Shown: positions 26,020-40,222 of the stretch, piece after piece | Layout: every line of letters starts with the position of its first letter | How positions within the stretch are numbered: position 1 is the stretch's first letter | Position numbers and translations under genes: made by a program | Source of the DNA: Perkinsus chesapeaki ATCC PRA-425 | Lineage: Eukaryota; Protista; Perkinsozoa | Assembly (NCBI GenBank): GCA_013115145.1 | Contig: JAAPAO010000103.1 | Span: 12,265 to 76,264, forward strand | Length of the DNA: 64,000 nucleotides | Direction of reading: 5' to 3' | The notes under the pieces: generated by a model | What the model saw: the letters and a program-made list of their open reading frames with translations, nothing else | What the model was told of the DNA's origin: nothing | Database searches by the model: none

Positions 26020-29000
26020 ATGACTACTACTACTACCTCCTCTTCTTATCTTGGTAATCCTTTAACACATGTTGATATTGATGAAATTGATAGGGTACAG
26101 TTGGAAGAACGAAATGAAAGGTAGTAGTAGTAAGGTAGCAGCATCTGATAATAATAATAGTCGTAATGATTAGTGTTATTATTATTATTATTGTTATATA
26201 GTCATTGTTCTACTGGAGCATATCTTACATCAAAGCAGAGACAGACTATAAAAGCATCTAAACCATGGGAACAAGTAGTTACAGATGAAGAAGGTAGAAG
26301 GAGATTTCATGGAGCATTTACAGGAGGATTTAGTGCTGGGTAACAACGATAATAATAATACATATTAAAATAGGTTAGGTATTATGGTGTAGGTATTATA
26401 ATACAGTAGGGACAAAGGAAGGTTGGACACCATCAACATTTGTTAGTAGTAGATCATCATCATCTTATAAGAATCACGATAATGATAATGATAGAAGACA
26501 AAAGAGACATCAAAAGGTGATAATAGAGAAGGACAAGGAGAAGAAGGGGGGCAGGTTGGTTATTAGTAATAATCAGATTAGTGATTTCATGGATGATGAG
26601 GATTATAATGAGGGTATTGGTAAAGAATATGATGCGGGAGCTATAACAACTACAACATATGATGATGATGATGCTGGTGGTGGTGGTAGTGGTGGTATTG
26701 AAGTTAGAGATAGGGTAAGTAGGGAGAAGGGAGAAGGGAGAGGAGAAGGATTACATGACGACACTGATTGGGGTCGGCAGGTTGGATTATCAATAATGAA
26801 GAATCAAGGATGGAGAGAAGGAACACTTGTTGGGGAAATATCTAATAATAGATTATTATTTAATAATAAAGATGATAATGATGAGAATAGAAAAAGAAAG
26901 TAATAAGTTAATATCATTAATATCATCATGAATACGTTTATTATCATCAATAATAGTAGGGTGTACACATTCTCATCATTACCACCAAATATACAAAAGA
27001 CTAGATTTAACTACCAAGACTTAAATACATATGAAGATGATGGAGAAGGGGAGGAAGAAGAGGAAAGGATACATAATAATATTATAGCTATTCATCGTTG
27101 GGTTGATAGAATGGTTAATGATGGTGGTGATCATAAAGATAATATGCATGGCATTGGGTAACATAATAATAATAATGTTATATAGTAGTATAATAGTATT
27201 TAGATATAGTGGTACATTAAGAAGTGAAGTGGGGAGAACAACAAGAACACATAACGAAACATCATCATTATCATCATCACCCGCAAATGAACTATTATCA
27301 TCTATCTTTGGAGATGATGATGATGCGAGAAATGAAATGAAATCATCAAATAGAAGACAAGGTGGTGGGCTGCTACGGCAGAAGCAGCAGGTGAAACATA
27401 ATAGTATGATAATACCAAATAAATCTACTCAAGCTGTTGGGGCTTTTGGTATTGGTAAGTAATAGTTAAGATTATAAGTAGTAGTAGTAGTAGGTGTTAA
27501 TTATTAGGTGTATTTGATGAAGCTGATGGTGGTGATGGGTATGATATTGACGTATATGATGATGAAGGGAATGACTATTATCAAGGAGGATATAAAAATA
27601 AAACATATTCTACAACTGTTGTGGAGATAGATGATGATGATGGAGATGGAGTTAGTGTTGTTAGGATGGCTGATAATAATAATAGATTAAAGGGGAAATC
27701 ACATAATGGTAGAAATAATAATATGATAAAGATAGATGATAAAGTGCAAGGAATAGAGGTTGGTTAATATTATTGTTGTGATAGGGTATAATACTATTAT
27801 TATGTTAGGTTGTTGATTTAATAAATGATGATAATGAAAGGAAGAGAGGACAAAAGCGTGATAATCATAATCGAAGTACATCGAGTGAACCATCTAATAA
27901 TAATGATATATATAATAATAAAAGAAGTAAAATAAGAAATAAGAATTATATTTATAATAATAACGATGATACGCTTGATGGCATGTTTACTGTAATATTG
28001 ATATTATTATACGTTTAATATAACAATTATAGGCATCCAACTCAGCATCATCATCATCAACATCGAGTATTATTGATAATAATGATATTATAATATCATC
28101 GTTGATTCCTGAACCACCCAGTGTACCTAAAGGTTTCAGAAGTCATCTCCACGTAATAATAATATAATCCTGTCTCATCATGATCATAGTATATATTATA
28201 ATTAGATACCATCATCATCATCGAATGATGATGGCACCTTTAGAGATACATCACCGGAGTATCAAAGATTGATTAAATGGTTAAGGGATAATTCAACATC
28301 AACATCATCATCAAATAATAATCACGATAATAATAATAAAGCAATGACTATGAAAGAGAGGAGTAATATAATATCTGGAAAAGAAGGATGGTGTTCAAAT
28401 AATAAATCAGTAGTACTATCATTTACTTCTTCTTCTTCTTGTTATTGTAATTGGTATATTCCCTTACGGTCAGGTAATAGAAGCTCGGACGACCCATTTA
28501 TCATCATCACACAATAATAAGGGAGGAGGAGGGGCGCTATGGTCGAATGTTGATGATGCAGTAATCTGATTGTTGTGGATATATGATTATCATTACTGTT
28601 ATTATTAATAAGGTCAGACGAGAAGCTTTATTGGCAGCAGTGGGTGGTAGAACTATTAATATGCATAAAGAATCATCAACAACAACATCTTCGTCGAGCA
28701 GTTTATCGTTGGAAGTTTTCAATGGTGATCCTGATAAGCGTCGACGATATGAGATATTCTGTAATCAAATGGCAAGTGGTGCACCAACATTATCAGCACA
28801 TTGTAAGTTGATATATTATTATTAATCATTCACTTATTAGGTAATGTTAACTTTAAGGAACTCAAAGAATTTACTAAATTATATGAGAGCATTAATAATG
28901 AGGATTCAGCAGGAAGCAGCAGCAGCAGGCATGGTAAAGATAAGAAGGTCACCAATGAGATTGATGATGAAACTACATCTTATGAATCGAATAATAATCT

Positions 29001-29535
29001 AACAACACCGGCGGCTCAGATTGCAGAGGCTTTGAAAATACTTCAACCGAGTAAACATGTCGAATGCAATTGGAAAGCTGAACCGTTAGTTTGTAAGTAT
29101 TAATATGAATATTATTAACAGTATCATTACTAAAAGGTAAACGATTTGGATGTCCTGATCCGTGGAGGCATAAGAAGTTCTACGATGATTCTTATGAGGC
29201 ATTGAACAAAGGGCAGAGGAGTCGTTGGGCTGGTGGTAAGGATCGTTATAATAGAAGATATAAACAACAACAACAAAGAGATGATGATAAAGGTTTGTTA
29301 TAATAATATACCTCCTCAATAATCGATTGACCATCTAGGTTCACATCGGGGACAATTTAAGGAAGACTTGATGAAGAGCAGCCGAATGAATGAAGAAGAT
29401 TCATCGACTATGCAGCATTCTCCTCCTCCTTCGTGTTATGAACCATCAATTATCTTACAAGCTGATGAGCTACTGCCAACTAAGGCATCCCGAAAACCAC
29501 CACAAGACTTATTTACAGATATTTTCGGTGATTAA
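26020..29535 (+). CDS. GPATCH1: G-patch domain protein 1 (DUF1604 + G-patch)
   Basis: [46 protein letters not shown] (DUF1604), [14 protein letters not shown] (G-patch), [29 protein letters not shown]. Confidence 0.92.
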
Positions 29536-29774
29536 TAATAATACAATATTGTGTTATTCAGTAACTTTGTTTCAACATAATCGGCAACAGTACAATTGCA
29601 TTCATTATCATACCACATATGATTGGAAGTACGCAGATGCACTTGACAACACAATACGTTGTTAATAGAAAGTTTGATAATATACCAACGAATGGATGAT
29701 GAGGATGATGATGACAGATTGATCGTCATCATCAATCATTCATGGTATTTGTTAATTTCTTTTGATTTTTGTTT

Positions 29775-30730
29775 TTATCTTCTCTTAATAATACGCAAGT
29801 ATCTGTTTAAGTGTCATTCCTTCACATACCTCATACATTTACTTCAATACCTTTTTTCTAATTTAATCAAATCATATTCAATCTTATTGTATATGTCATC
29901 TCTCGTTGCTGCGACTTTATCAGTGATTGTTGTCTGGTTCGTTGTTGATGATAATGGATGTTCATGATGTTCAGTAATAACTGATGATATGATATAACAT
30001 TAACTATATACAATATACTGATTACCCGGCGGCGGCGGTGGCTTGAAGATATTATTATTGCAGCATTCTCGTGATGAATTTACCAACTCATCGATACGTT
30101 TAAGTTCGTTATTTAAACCTGTTACTCTAACTAACTTATTATAGGATATTATTAGTTATATGGTTATATGATGTTACTAGTCAGTTCATTGTAAGTATCC
30201 GCAATGTTGCATCTTTCTCTACTATTCATATCTTCTACTGCATCATCACTTTCTATCAATGATACCATCGTAACATATGGATGACTATCACTATCATCAT
30301 CATCATCATCATCATCCTCCTTAGTAGTAGTAGTAGCAGCATTATCAAAAGTAATATTATCAAAATAGCTTGATATACGAGGTATACCTTCAACTTATGT
30401 ATACTTCATTATTAACTAGTATGCTGCTATACTTCACTACTACTACCTCGTTCTTCTCTTGCATTACGTTCTTTTATTAGTTTTTTTTGTAATGATAATA
30501 GTATCATCCTATAGTCATTGTCGTTATCAAGATTATTGTTGTCTTTAATCGTTGGAGTGGCCTTGAATGGTAGTATCATGATTGGTTAATATACTGGAGG
30601 TAGGTTTGGCACATACAGTATTAATAATAAACAATGATGAGTTATGATAACAACGCTTAGGAATGATAATGATGCAGAAATGATGACATTTACTATGATG
30701 ATGATGATTGATGTATTTTACTAATATCAT
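29775..30730 (-). CDS. Hypothetical protein, possibly with mitochondrial-type N-terminus
   Basis: GT-AG introns join an open frame MILVKY...KRCYHNSS...LQKKLIKERNAREER...YDLIKLEKRYLRIIKRR*; could alternatively be spliced to the upstream Cys-rich gene. Confidence 0.5.
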
Positions 30731-30742
30731 GTTTCACTAATA

Positions 30743-31878
30743 TCATGATTTATAACATTTTCTATATGTAACCTTCGTATTCGAGAGTGGTGGATGTAAT
30801 GAGAAGCCAGGCATACAACTTGTACATTGATATCTAATAATTAATATTAACACTAACATCAATACTACTAGCAGCTTCATTAGTAGTCATGCCTCCTACT
30901 ATGCATTACCTATCTATACATGTTTGGCATCCTGTTGGACATTGTATTATCATATGATCTTCACCATACCTACTATTTACATAATAGTACACTTCTAATC
31001 TTTTCAATTCTCCCTCCCTCTTTTGCTTTTTTACATTCTAAAATAATTATCATAACCTCGTTGTGTTTTTGGTATACAATAACCACTATTAGTTCTTCCT
31101 ATTGTATAATCCATTATAACAAAATGACCAGTATTAAAACATGATGTACAAGTTGTATCATACCTGTTATTATCATTATACCATCTATATTACTACTACT
31201 TATTATCATATTACTATTACTACTTGGTAAAACAAGATCTACACTCGGGATGACATGGTTGACACCCCTCATCAACCGTACCGTATGTTGAATCAACTTG
31301 ACAATTAAATCTAATAATAATAACACCCAATATTACTATTATTATTATAGTTGTATATTATCATACATGCATATTTTCCTAAAATCATGTATATAATTAT
31401 CAGTACATGCATCACATTCATATCTAATAATAAATATATAATAATAATACTCTATATTATGATAACATCATTACTGTTCATTTCCGTGACATTCATCACA
31501 ATTTAATGGGCAATTATAACAATCATATCCTTTACGAAATGTACCCTCACCACAGTTACTTATATCAATACATTTATCACACCATAATTCATAACCATTC
31601 TAATAATAATTAATATACTGAATCAACGAATGTAATAATTATTATAATATCACTTCACATTTATGAGTTCTCCATCTTTTATCATGATCTTGAAGATGAC
31701 ACCCTTTATCCATTGACACGTGACTTATTGATGTTATAATATTATTATTATTATTATCACATTCTCTTCTATTTAATAAAGTTACATATATTGGTAATAC
31801 TGATGATAATAATAATATTATGGTATTTAATAGTGATGCAGTATTGTATAGTAGTAGTCGTGGTGGTGGTGTTTGCAT
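30743..31878 (-). CDS. Secreted furin-like (FU / growth-factor-receptor Cys-rich) repeat protein
   Basis: Hydrophobic N-terminus then CYNCPLNCDEC, CQPCHPECRSC, CPTGCQTC, CTSCMPGF; stop TGA at 30743-30745. Confidence 0.6.
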
Positions 31879-32434
31879 GTCCTAATTGGATGATACTTAT
31901 AATAGAGATTAACAACAACACCCCAACAACAAAAACCCAAATTATAACAATATAACAAATGAAACATAATAATATTATTAAAGTTAACATGATGAAGTAG
32001 TAGTAGCAATAAGTGTATCATTATCACCTATATAGGTAATACTAATAATAATAATAATAAGTTGTTAAGGGAAGGGTTGATGATGATGTATTGGTGTAAT
32101 TAGGTTGTTAGTGATATCAATAATGATAATAATAATATTATTATTATTAAACCAGTTATTAATACAATAACAACATCAACACAATAAAAGCTATGGGGAT
32201 TACTTATTCTTCTCTATACTGCTTATTCTTATTCTTCCTGTATTTGTAAATTTTAAATTGTAAAAATAATATTAACAGTATACAAATAGGATATAAAAGT
32301 AACACATGAGTAGTAAGTCATCAAGTAACATCATTATCATCATTATTAAAATGATGTATTATATTATTATTAATTATATCACTTGAATACCATGATATAC
32401 CTAATATTAACAACAACAACATTGACAATAACAT

Positions 32435-34518
32435 CTATCCGTTATCACCTCCTCCTCCTATACTTGTATCACTTCTTTTCCTTGATAATGATGTTGTTGT
32501 ATGATTATTATTACTAATACGTATTTTCTTGTTTCTCCTTATAATAACATCATTATCATATTTGTAATCATCATAATTCCGGCTATCACTACTTTCATTA
32601 CGCTCTTCTTCATCTTCACTACTATTACTATATTCATTATTTCCCTTAATCATCATTATTTTATGATCATCATCAATATTATTATTTTTAGGTGTTAATG
32701 ATACAACCTTCCTTGCCTGTGGTATAGGAGGCTTATAATAACTATAATAACAACAACAAAAACAACACTAACAATAATAATATTATATATATCATTTACT
32801 ACTACTACCTGCTATAACCACCACCACCACTACCAGTATCAGCAGCGGCAGCAGCAGCAGCACTATGATGATGATTATGGTTGTGCCACCGCCGCCCCAG
32901 TCCTCCTCCTTCTTCTTCTCCTGGTCCTTGTTTTATCTTATTATTATTATCTAATGCACTGTCTTGTGTACTACTTGGTGGTAATGAACTTCCACCATAA
33001 CCATATGCTTGACGTACATGTTGATGCAAACCAACAACAAATTCAACAGCAGTAGCAGGTGCCTCATTGTCGTGCCCCTGTTGTTGTATTATTATTCCAT
33101 TATTATTATCTATTAAAGGTTGTATTGTATTATTATTACAATACCATCCATTATCGATATAAGAGGGATGGGTATATTGTATCACTGATTGTTCTTGTTG
33201 TTGTTGTTCTTGTTGTTGTTGTTGACTATTATTAATATTATCTTCCTGGGTTCCTAATATATAATAATAACATCATTAATTATTATTACTATTATTACCA
33301 CCCAATTCTAATACAATATCCTTATGTCTGGATAATGCCACCTTCGTTATATGGCGTATAATTGCTCGTTCAGTATATCTAATAACAATATATTAATAAC
33401 AAGTGTTCAATAATAATAATACAATAATCTTTCATCCTCATTATTAATTATATTCCTTCTTTTATTATCTTTACTTAATCCATATCTAATCTTCATTATT
33501 ACCCTATATATAATCCATATTCATATTACTACTTGCAATCTATCTTTCTCCCCCTCAACATTAGTTCTGTTTGACCATAACTTTTAATTTTATTATCATT
33601 ATCTTTATTATTTATTATCATCATTTCACTTAGTAATCTTCGTGCACCTTCTGGACAGGCATACTTAATAAAAGCATACCCTCTAGAATAACCATTATTA
33701 TCCTTTACCTATCCATTATAATATTATTACTATTATTATAATACTCATACTTACTATTTCCACTATATTTACTAAACCCCATTGACTTAAATAATCTCCT
33801 AAACTCTCAATAGTTTCATTATTATTGAATCCAGCTATGAATACTTTACATTCATCACTGGCTCCATTTGGTAAAGTAGGTAATGGTAACTATTACCAAC
33901 TAATAATATTATCAAGAGATAATAATAATCATCATTATTATTATTACTGCATTAACATCACCTTGTATGTCATTAACACCTGCTCTTGTTTTAGCATAAT
34001 CTACCTTTAATACTTCTAGACCACACTCTTTACGACCCCTATCAATATATAATAACAATAACGACAACAACAGCGTTGTTGTTACTTAATATCTAATACT
34101 GATGCATCAGCACTTGAACCATTATAATACTGGATAAAAGCATAATTACCACCATTTACTTTTGACAAGTTTATTTTACTAATATCACCATATTTTGAAA
34201 AATAGTTAATTAATGCTTTATCGCTTCTCATATAGCGTGGTATATTACCAACATATCTGATATGACACTTTATTATATACTACTACTACAACAACAACAC
34301 TAACATTATCAACCTTATCATTACATTCTTGTTGATCTTAAACCAATTAGACTAGGAGGTGTTGATATATCATTAAATGAGATGCCATCTCCTCCTCCTG
34401 CTGCTGCTAATGATGATGATGATGATGACTGTGATATCCTCCTTTCATCATCATCTTCTTCTTCTTGTCTCCTCTTTTCCCTTTTATATCCGTTCATCCA
34501 TCTATCATTATTTGCCAT
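32435..34518 (-). CDS. Multi-RRM RNA-binding protein
   Basis: RNP2/RNP1-like motifs IYVGNIP...GNYAFIQY and VFIAGFN...SRGYAFIKY; low-complexity C-terminus. Confidence 0.75.
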
Positions 34519-34642
34519 TACACCCTAATACATGTCCTTGCTATTAATAATCATCACTTAACACTAATTAACACTATTAATATTAAAGAAACTGAACATT
34601 TGTATTTATTCTTGTATTTCATCATTCTCACTCAATCTACAC

Positions 34643-37600
34643 TTATTTCCTTTTGTGTGATTCAACCCCTTTTCGCCCATTAGTAGTAGCAGCAGCAGTT
34701 GATACTGTTCCCCCTCCTCCTCGTCGTCCTCCTGCTGATGATGATGATGCTTTAGCGGCAGCATTATCAATCCTCATCAGCTCTTCTTGTTCTTTCTGCT
34801 CTTTCATCCCTTTATATCTAATAATATACTAATAATAATAAAGTAGCTGATTATTACTTTCTATACGCCCAGAAGGCCCCTATCATTAATAATGGACTGC
34901 TTAATACTATTGGTACTATTATTAATCCACCTATTGATAATAATAATAGTTATTATTAAAGTAGTAGGTGTATATTACCAGACACATATAACATTGTCTT
35001 GAATAATGGTATAAAATCTTTACCTCTTGTCGATAATAATGGTTTTATTGTTGATGCATAGAAAACCTTAGGTGCAAATATAGCTAATATTATTCTATCT
35101 AATAGGAATATACCAACAGTTGATGCCAATAACATACCTAATAACGATCATAATACTAATACTATCACTATTGGTAATACTATTATTATTATTGTTGTTA
35201 TTGTTAGTATTATTATTACCAAGAACCTTATTTCTCAAATCATTAGGTAATACCATTAGTTCTAAGAAATGATTTAATGGTGGTATTATACCACTTGCTA
35301 GTATAAATAAACCAGCAGCACATAAGAATGCTGATAGGAATAATGCCCTATTCTCAAGATATCCTTGCATCCATGGACGACCTTTATAGTTAACCACTAA
35401 TACAGCTACTTGTTGTGCACTTTTAACAAGGAACATAACTGTATTAAGTAGATTAGGTTTATAAGGTACCGATCTAATTACATATTATTATTATATAATA
35501 AGTAGTAGTATTATAGTTATATTACTTAAACATTGAGAATATATCATCGCCAAATCCACTCTCATCCATCATTTTATTTAACTTTTCATCTCTATTCCTT
35601 TCAAATTCATATAAGTCTTCTAATGCTTTATCACCTAATTATTATTCATTAATAATAATATAATAATTGTTGTTGTACTACTACCCATAGCAGTCTTTGC
35701 TAAATCCATTGCTTTAACTAATACATATAAATGTACTGATACCTGGGCCATAACTGATAAGAATATAGCGGGATGAAATACTGATCTTATTGGTAATACG
35801 TCAGATAATCTAATAATGAATATATATTAACTTATATAATAGTAATTATTATCACCTATCAGCCGGTTTAGCATAACTAAAGGCAATACTTGCTACCATT
35901 GTTAATAAACCCGAGAATATCAATTGTAATTCAGTTGGGTTACCACCCTCAACAGTTCCTGCTGCTAAAGTATATCTAATAATATATACGATAATAATAA
36001 TACATCTTATTATTAATATTACGCGCTAACCATAGAATCTAACATCATTATCTGCATCATTTGTACATTTAATAATAATGTACATCGACCCTGCCTTATT
36101 ATTTGTATTACACTCCTTATACTAGGGGCTCTAGATGTAAATGGTGCAGCAACTGATGCATCACCAAGTTGAACTACAGGTTTCATACCTATTAATAATA
36201 ATCATTTACCATCCATATTATCATTAATAATAATATTACCTTCTTGTGATTGTTCATCATTATTATTTTCCATTTGTTTTTGTGCATTTTCCATAACAGT
36301 TGCCATAAAGCCTCCTCCTTTACCTTTACTACCCCAAGCTGCATTAGTACCGTACTTCCCTTGTAGCTCCTTTTGTACCTTTAACCATCATTATTATCAT
36401 ATTCGTAATTATTACTATAATAATACTACTACCTTCGTTAACTCAGACCTCAGCCTTGCTGATGAATTCTTCATAGCTTGGAAGTATGTAGTAAAACCAA
36501 CATTATCTTGATTATTATTAGTTAACTTATTTAATTCTTCTTGAAACCATTCTTGTTGATGTTGCATAATAACCTTAATAATATCATCTTTACTACTCCT
36601 CCCCTCCCCCCCCTCCGTATTATTACTTGTCTTCTTGCATTAAACTCAGTCTTATATTCTTTGGCTAATTGCCTTTCTCTCATCCCAAGTAACTTTTGAT
36701 CTTCTTCTAATTTATCTTCAGCTGTTCCTTCACCTTCTAATAACTTATTATCACCGCCATTCGATGATGAAGACGCATTTGAATCACCAAAGCCCGATAA
36801 TAATGCAACACCAACATCTGCTTGTTTTAATGCCCCAACATCATTACCACCATCACCACACATTAACGGATGCAACATATTATCACCACCAGTACCTTTA
36901 TCTTCATTAGCTTCCTTTTTAACATAACGTACAACTTCCTCTTTTTGTTGTGGAGATACTCTAGCAAATACTTTAATAACATGTGCTGTCTTATATAATG
37001 TTTTATCACCTTCCTCTTCTAATTGGCTTAATACATCACCTTTAGATTATAAATAATAATACTAATAATTATATTATTATTACCCCCAACTATTAGATCA
37101 GCTTTATTAGCTAATTGTCTTATATTATCATACGATGCTGTGTAAGGGCAATATACCTCATCAGTTTTAATATCCTCCCATACTGATATTATTACAACCA
37201 ATACTACTACTACCACTACTAGTATGATGATTATTACTTCTATCCTTGGTTAACATTAATTTAGGTTTATTATATGATTGATCACTAAATATCCCAATCT
37301 CATTGGCTACATGTGCTGCTGTTAATGCCGAATCACCAGTTAACATAATACAAGGCATTTTAGCATCACTTAGAGCCTATCATATTAATACACATTATAT
37401 TTACTGCTGCTATTATTACTACTACCTTAAGTACAGTTGCTGTATCATTACGAAGATCACAAGCAAATGTTATAAAACCAGCAAAGTGTAGATCAGATTC
37501 AACATGTGATCTTGACCATTTATCGCACTACATAATTATATCAACATTGCATTATATTATTATTATTATCTCTATTACATCCTGTGTACCTCCTTTAGCT

Positions 37601-40081
37601 GCCATTGCCAATACTCTCATACCTCTCTTTGCTAATATACGATATGTTGATAGATAACCTTCAGGTGGATTCGATAACATACCCAATATTACTTCAGGTG
37701 ATCCTTTAACAACACATATCTAATAATAATAGTAACAACAACCCGCCCCCGACCCCGCCCCCGTCGTACCTTTTTATGTTGTTTAATAATCTCTATTACA
37801 GCACTCATACGTTGTAATGATGATGAGAAATGATGTCTTGTTAGTATTTTCAATACAGCTGCTGCTTCGTGTTTACTACTACTACTACTACTGTCATTCC
37901 CACTGGTGGCAATTGGCCCAGCTGTATTAGTTTTAGTATCATAATACCAATGTAATGATTGTAATGCTGCTAGTTCTACTGGATCACCTAACAGTTCACC
38001 ACCACCACCACCACCTTCATTAATACTTATTAAAGAATGACAACCAGCAATAACATATTTAGCTGCAATACTTTCCATACTTGTATCCTAATAATATTTA
38101 TAATACATTCATACAATATTACCTACATTATTAAGGTTATTAACATCTTCAATCTTTATATCATCATCATTAGTATATTCCATATCAGTCACTACACCAG
38201 TACATGATAATTTATCACTAGTTAATGTACCAGTTTTATCAAAAAAACAATGGGTTATTGTACCAGCCATAGGTACTCTATATGGTTCAGTACAGAACAC
38301 TCCTATTTTATGTAATGCCATTAATGCTGTATTAACAGCTAATGACATTTGCATTGGTAATTCTGGTGGTACTACACTTGTTATTATCATAACACATCTT
38401 AATAATAATTTATAACCAGACATTTTACTTAACTTTTCCGTACCTATTATTATTATTATCATCTAATATTATTATTATTATTACTACCTTCACCAGATAT
38501 CCTTTGATTAATAACATATGCCACTGCCATTAATGCAAATGATAATAGTAATAATAATAATTTAAGCGTATCCCTATTATCATTTCTGACATCCTCTTGT
38601 GAGAATTCTATCATTCTGGTTAATTCACCTTGTGCTGATTGTATACCAGTTCTTAATACTATACAATAACAATTATCAGCTTGTAATAATGATGTACCAC
38701 TAAATAATATATGTATTCTATCTCTACCGATAATATCTAATTTATTATCAGCAGCATCACCAATATAATCAATAGAGTCTTTTAATTGTGGTACAGATTC
38801 ACCCGTTAATGATGCTTCATTAACAACTGCACTACCTTCTACTATTAAACTATCACATGGTATCATAATTACACCACCAGTACCTAGTAAGTATTTATAT
38901 ACATGTATATATGCTATTATTACTACTACCTTTATTATTAATATTAATACGATCACCAGGTACTAACTCATCTGACATAACACTTGTCCATTTACCATTA
39001 CGTAATACCATAATCTAATAACGATATTAAGCTGCTTCTAATTAGTTAATTATTATTATTACTGGTATTATATTTTTCCCAGCCATATTACGTAATGTTA
39101 ATAAATTACGCCTTCTTTGAAATACTGTACCTGCTTCCATACCAAAGATTGATAAGAATGTGAATACAGTATATTTCCAATATTCATCCATCATCCATAA
39201 TAAACAACATAATATTTGGAATATTGGTATTGGAGTTAATATCTATATTCAATAATTACTATTATATACTATATATTACCTGATCTCTATATAATATATA
39301 AAATGGTGGTACAGGTATATCAACTTTATTTAAACCATATAAATCTTGTTCTTCTTTAACTTTATCATCATTTAATCCATTATCTTTATTTGATTTATTA
39401 ATATAATCTTTAATAGGTAAAGTCATATCACATTTTAATACATGTACATCACCAGTATCATCATTAACTATATATTTCCTTCTTTGAAATACAAAGTATC
39501 TAATAATATATAATTTACCATATAATACCATTTAATATATATTACAATGTTAAATCATGTCCTCTTTTCAGCTGTACTATATTACCTTTACCATGATGTT
39601 CTAATGGTGTTACTCTACAATAGTTACCAGGTACTAAACGTTTACTCTTTTTATATTGTATTAATGTTTTAAATCTTATTGACCAATGTTGTGATAATAA
39701 GAATAATACATGTGTTAATATTGTAGCTATTATTGATAATAATGCAGTTGGTGATGGTGCCCATTGTGATGGTATAGGTCTATCTTCGCTATCAGTTATA
39801 TTGGATAATTCTAATACAGTACCATTATTAATAGCATCTTCTATTAATTCATCAACTACTGCTTTATATGGTTCCCCTATGGTATTAAATACCTTTAATA
39901 ATGCCATACCATGTAGTATAATAAATATAGCAGTAATCATACCGCTCTTTCCTCTACAACGCTCTAATAATGTAATATCCCTAACCCCTCCTCCACCACC
40001 ATTATCAATATATTTAAGATTTGATGATGATACCAACATAACAACAATAACAACTAATAATAATATAGTTATCCTATCCAT
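34643..40081 (-). CDS. ATP13A1: P5A-type ATPase (Spf1/ATP13A1 transmembrane helix dislocase)
   Basis: [20 protein letters not shown] (P5A PPELP), [50 protein letters not shown]. Confidence 0.93.
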
Positions 40082-40222
40082 TCCCTTCACGTACTAGTCA
40101 ATCCTCCACCGTGCCTGGAGGGGGGATCGGATCGGGTTCGGGAGTGTTATATAAAAAGCGCTCGCCCAGGTAATCGATATATAATATGCCGTCGTCGTCG
40201 TCGCTGCCGTGGTCTTGGTGTT
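40082..40222. promoter_or_regulatory. Divergent junction 2 with TATA-like tatataaaaa (40148-40157) followed by gcgctcgcccag (40158-40169)
   Basis: The 12-mer recurs exactly as reverse complement at 57042-57053. Promoter role is inference. Confidence 0.5.
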
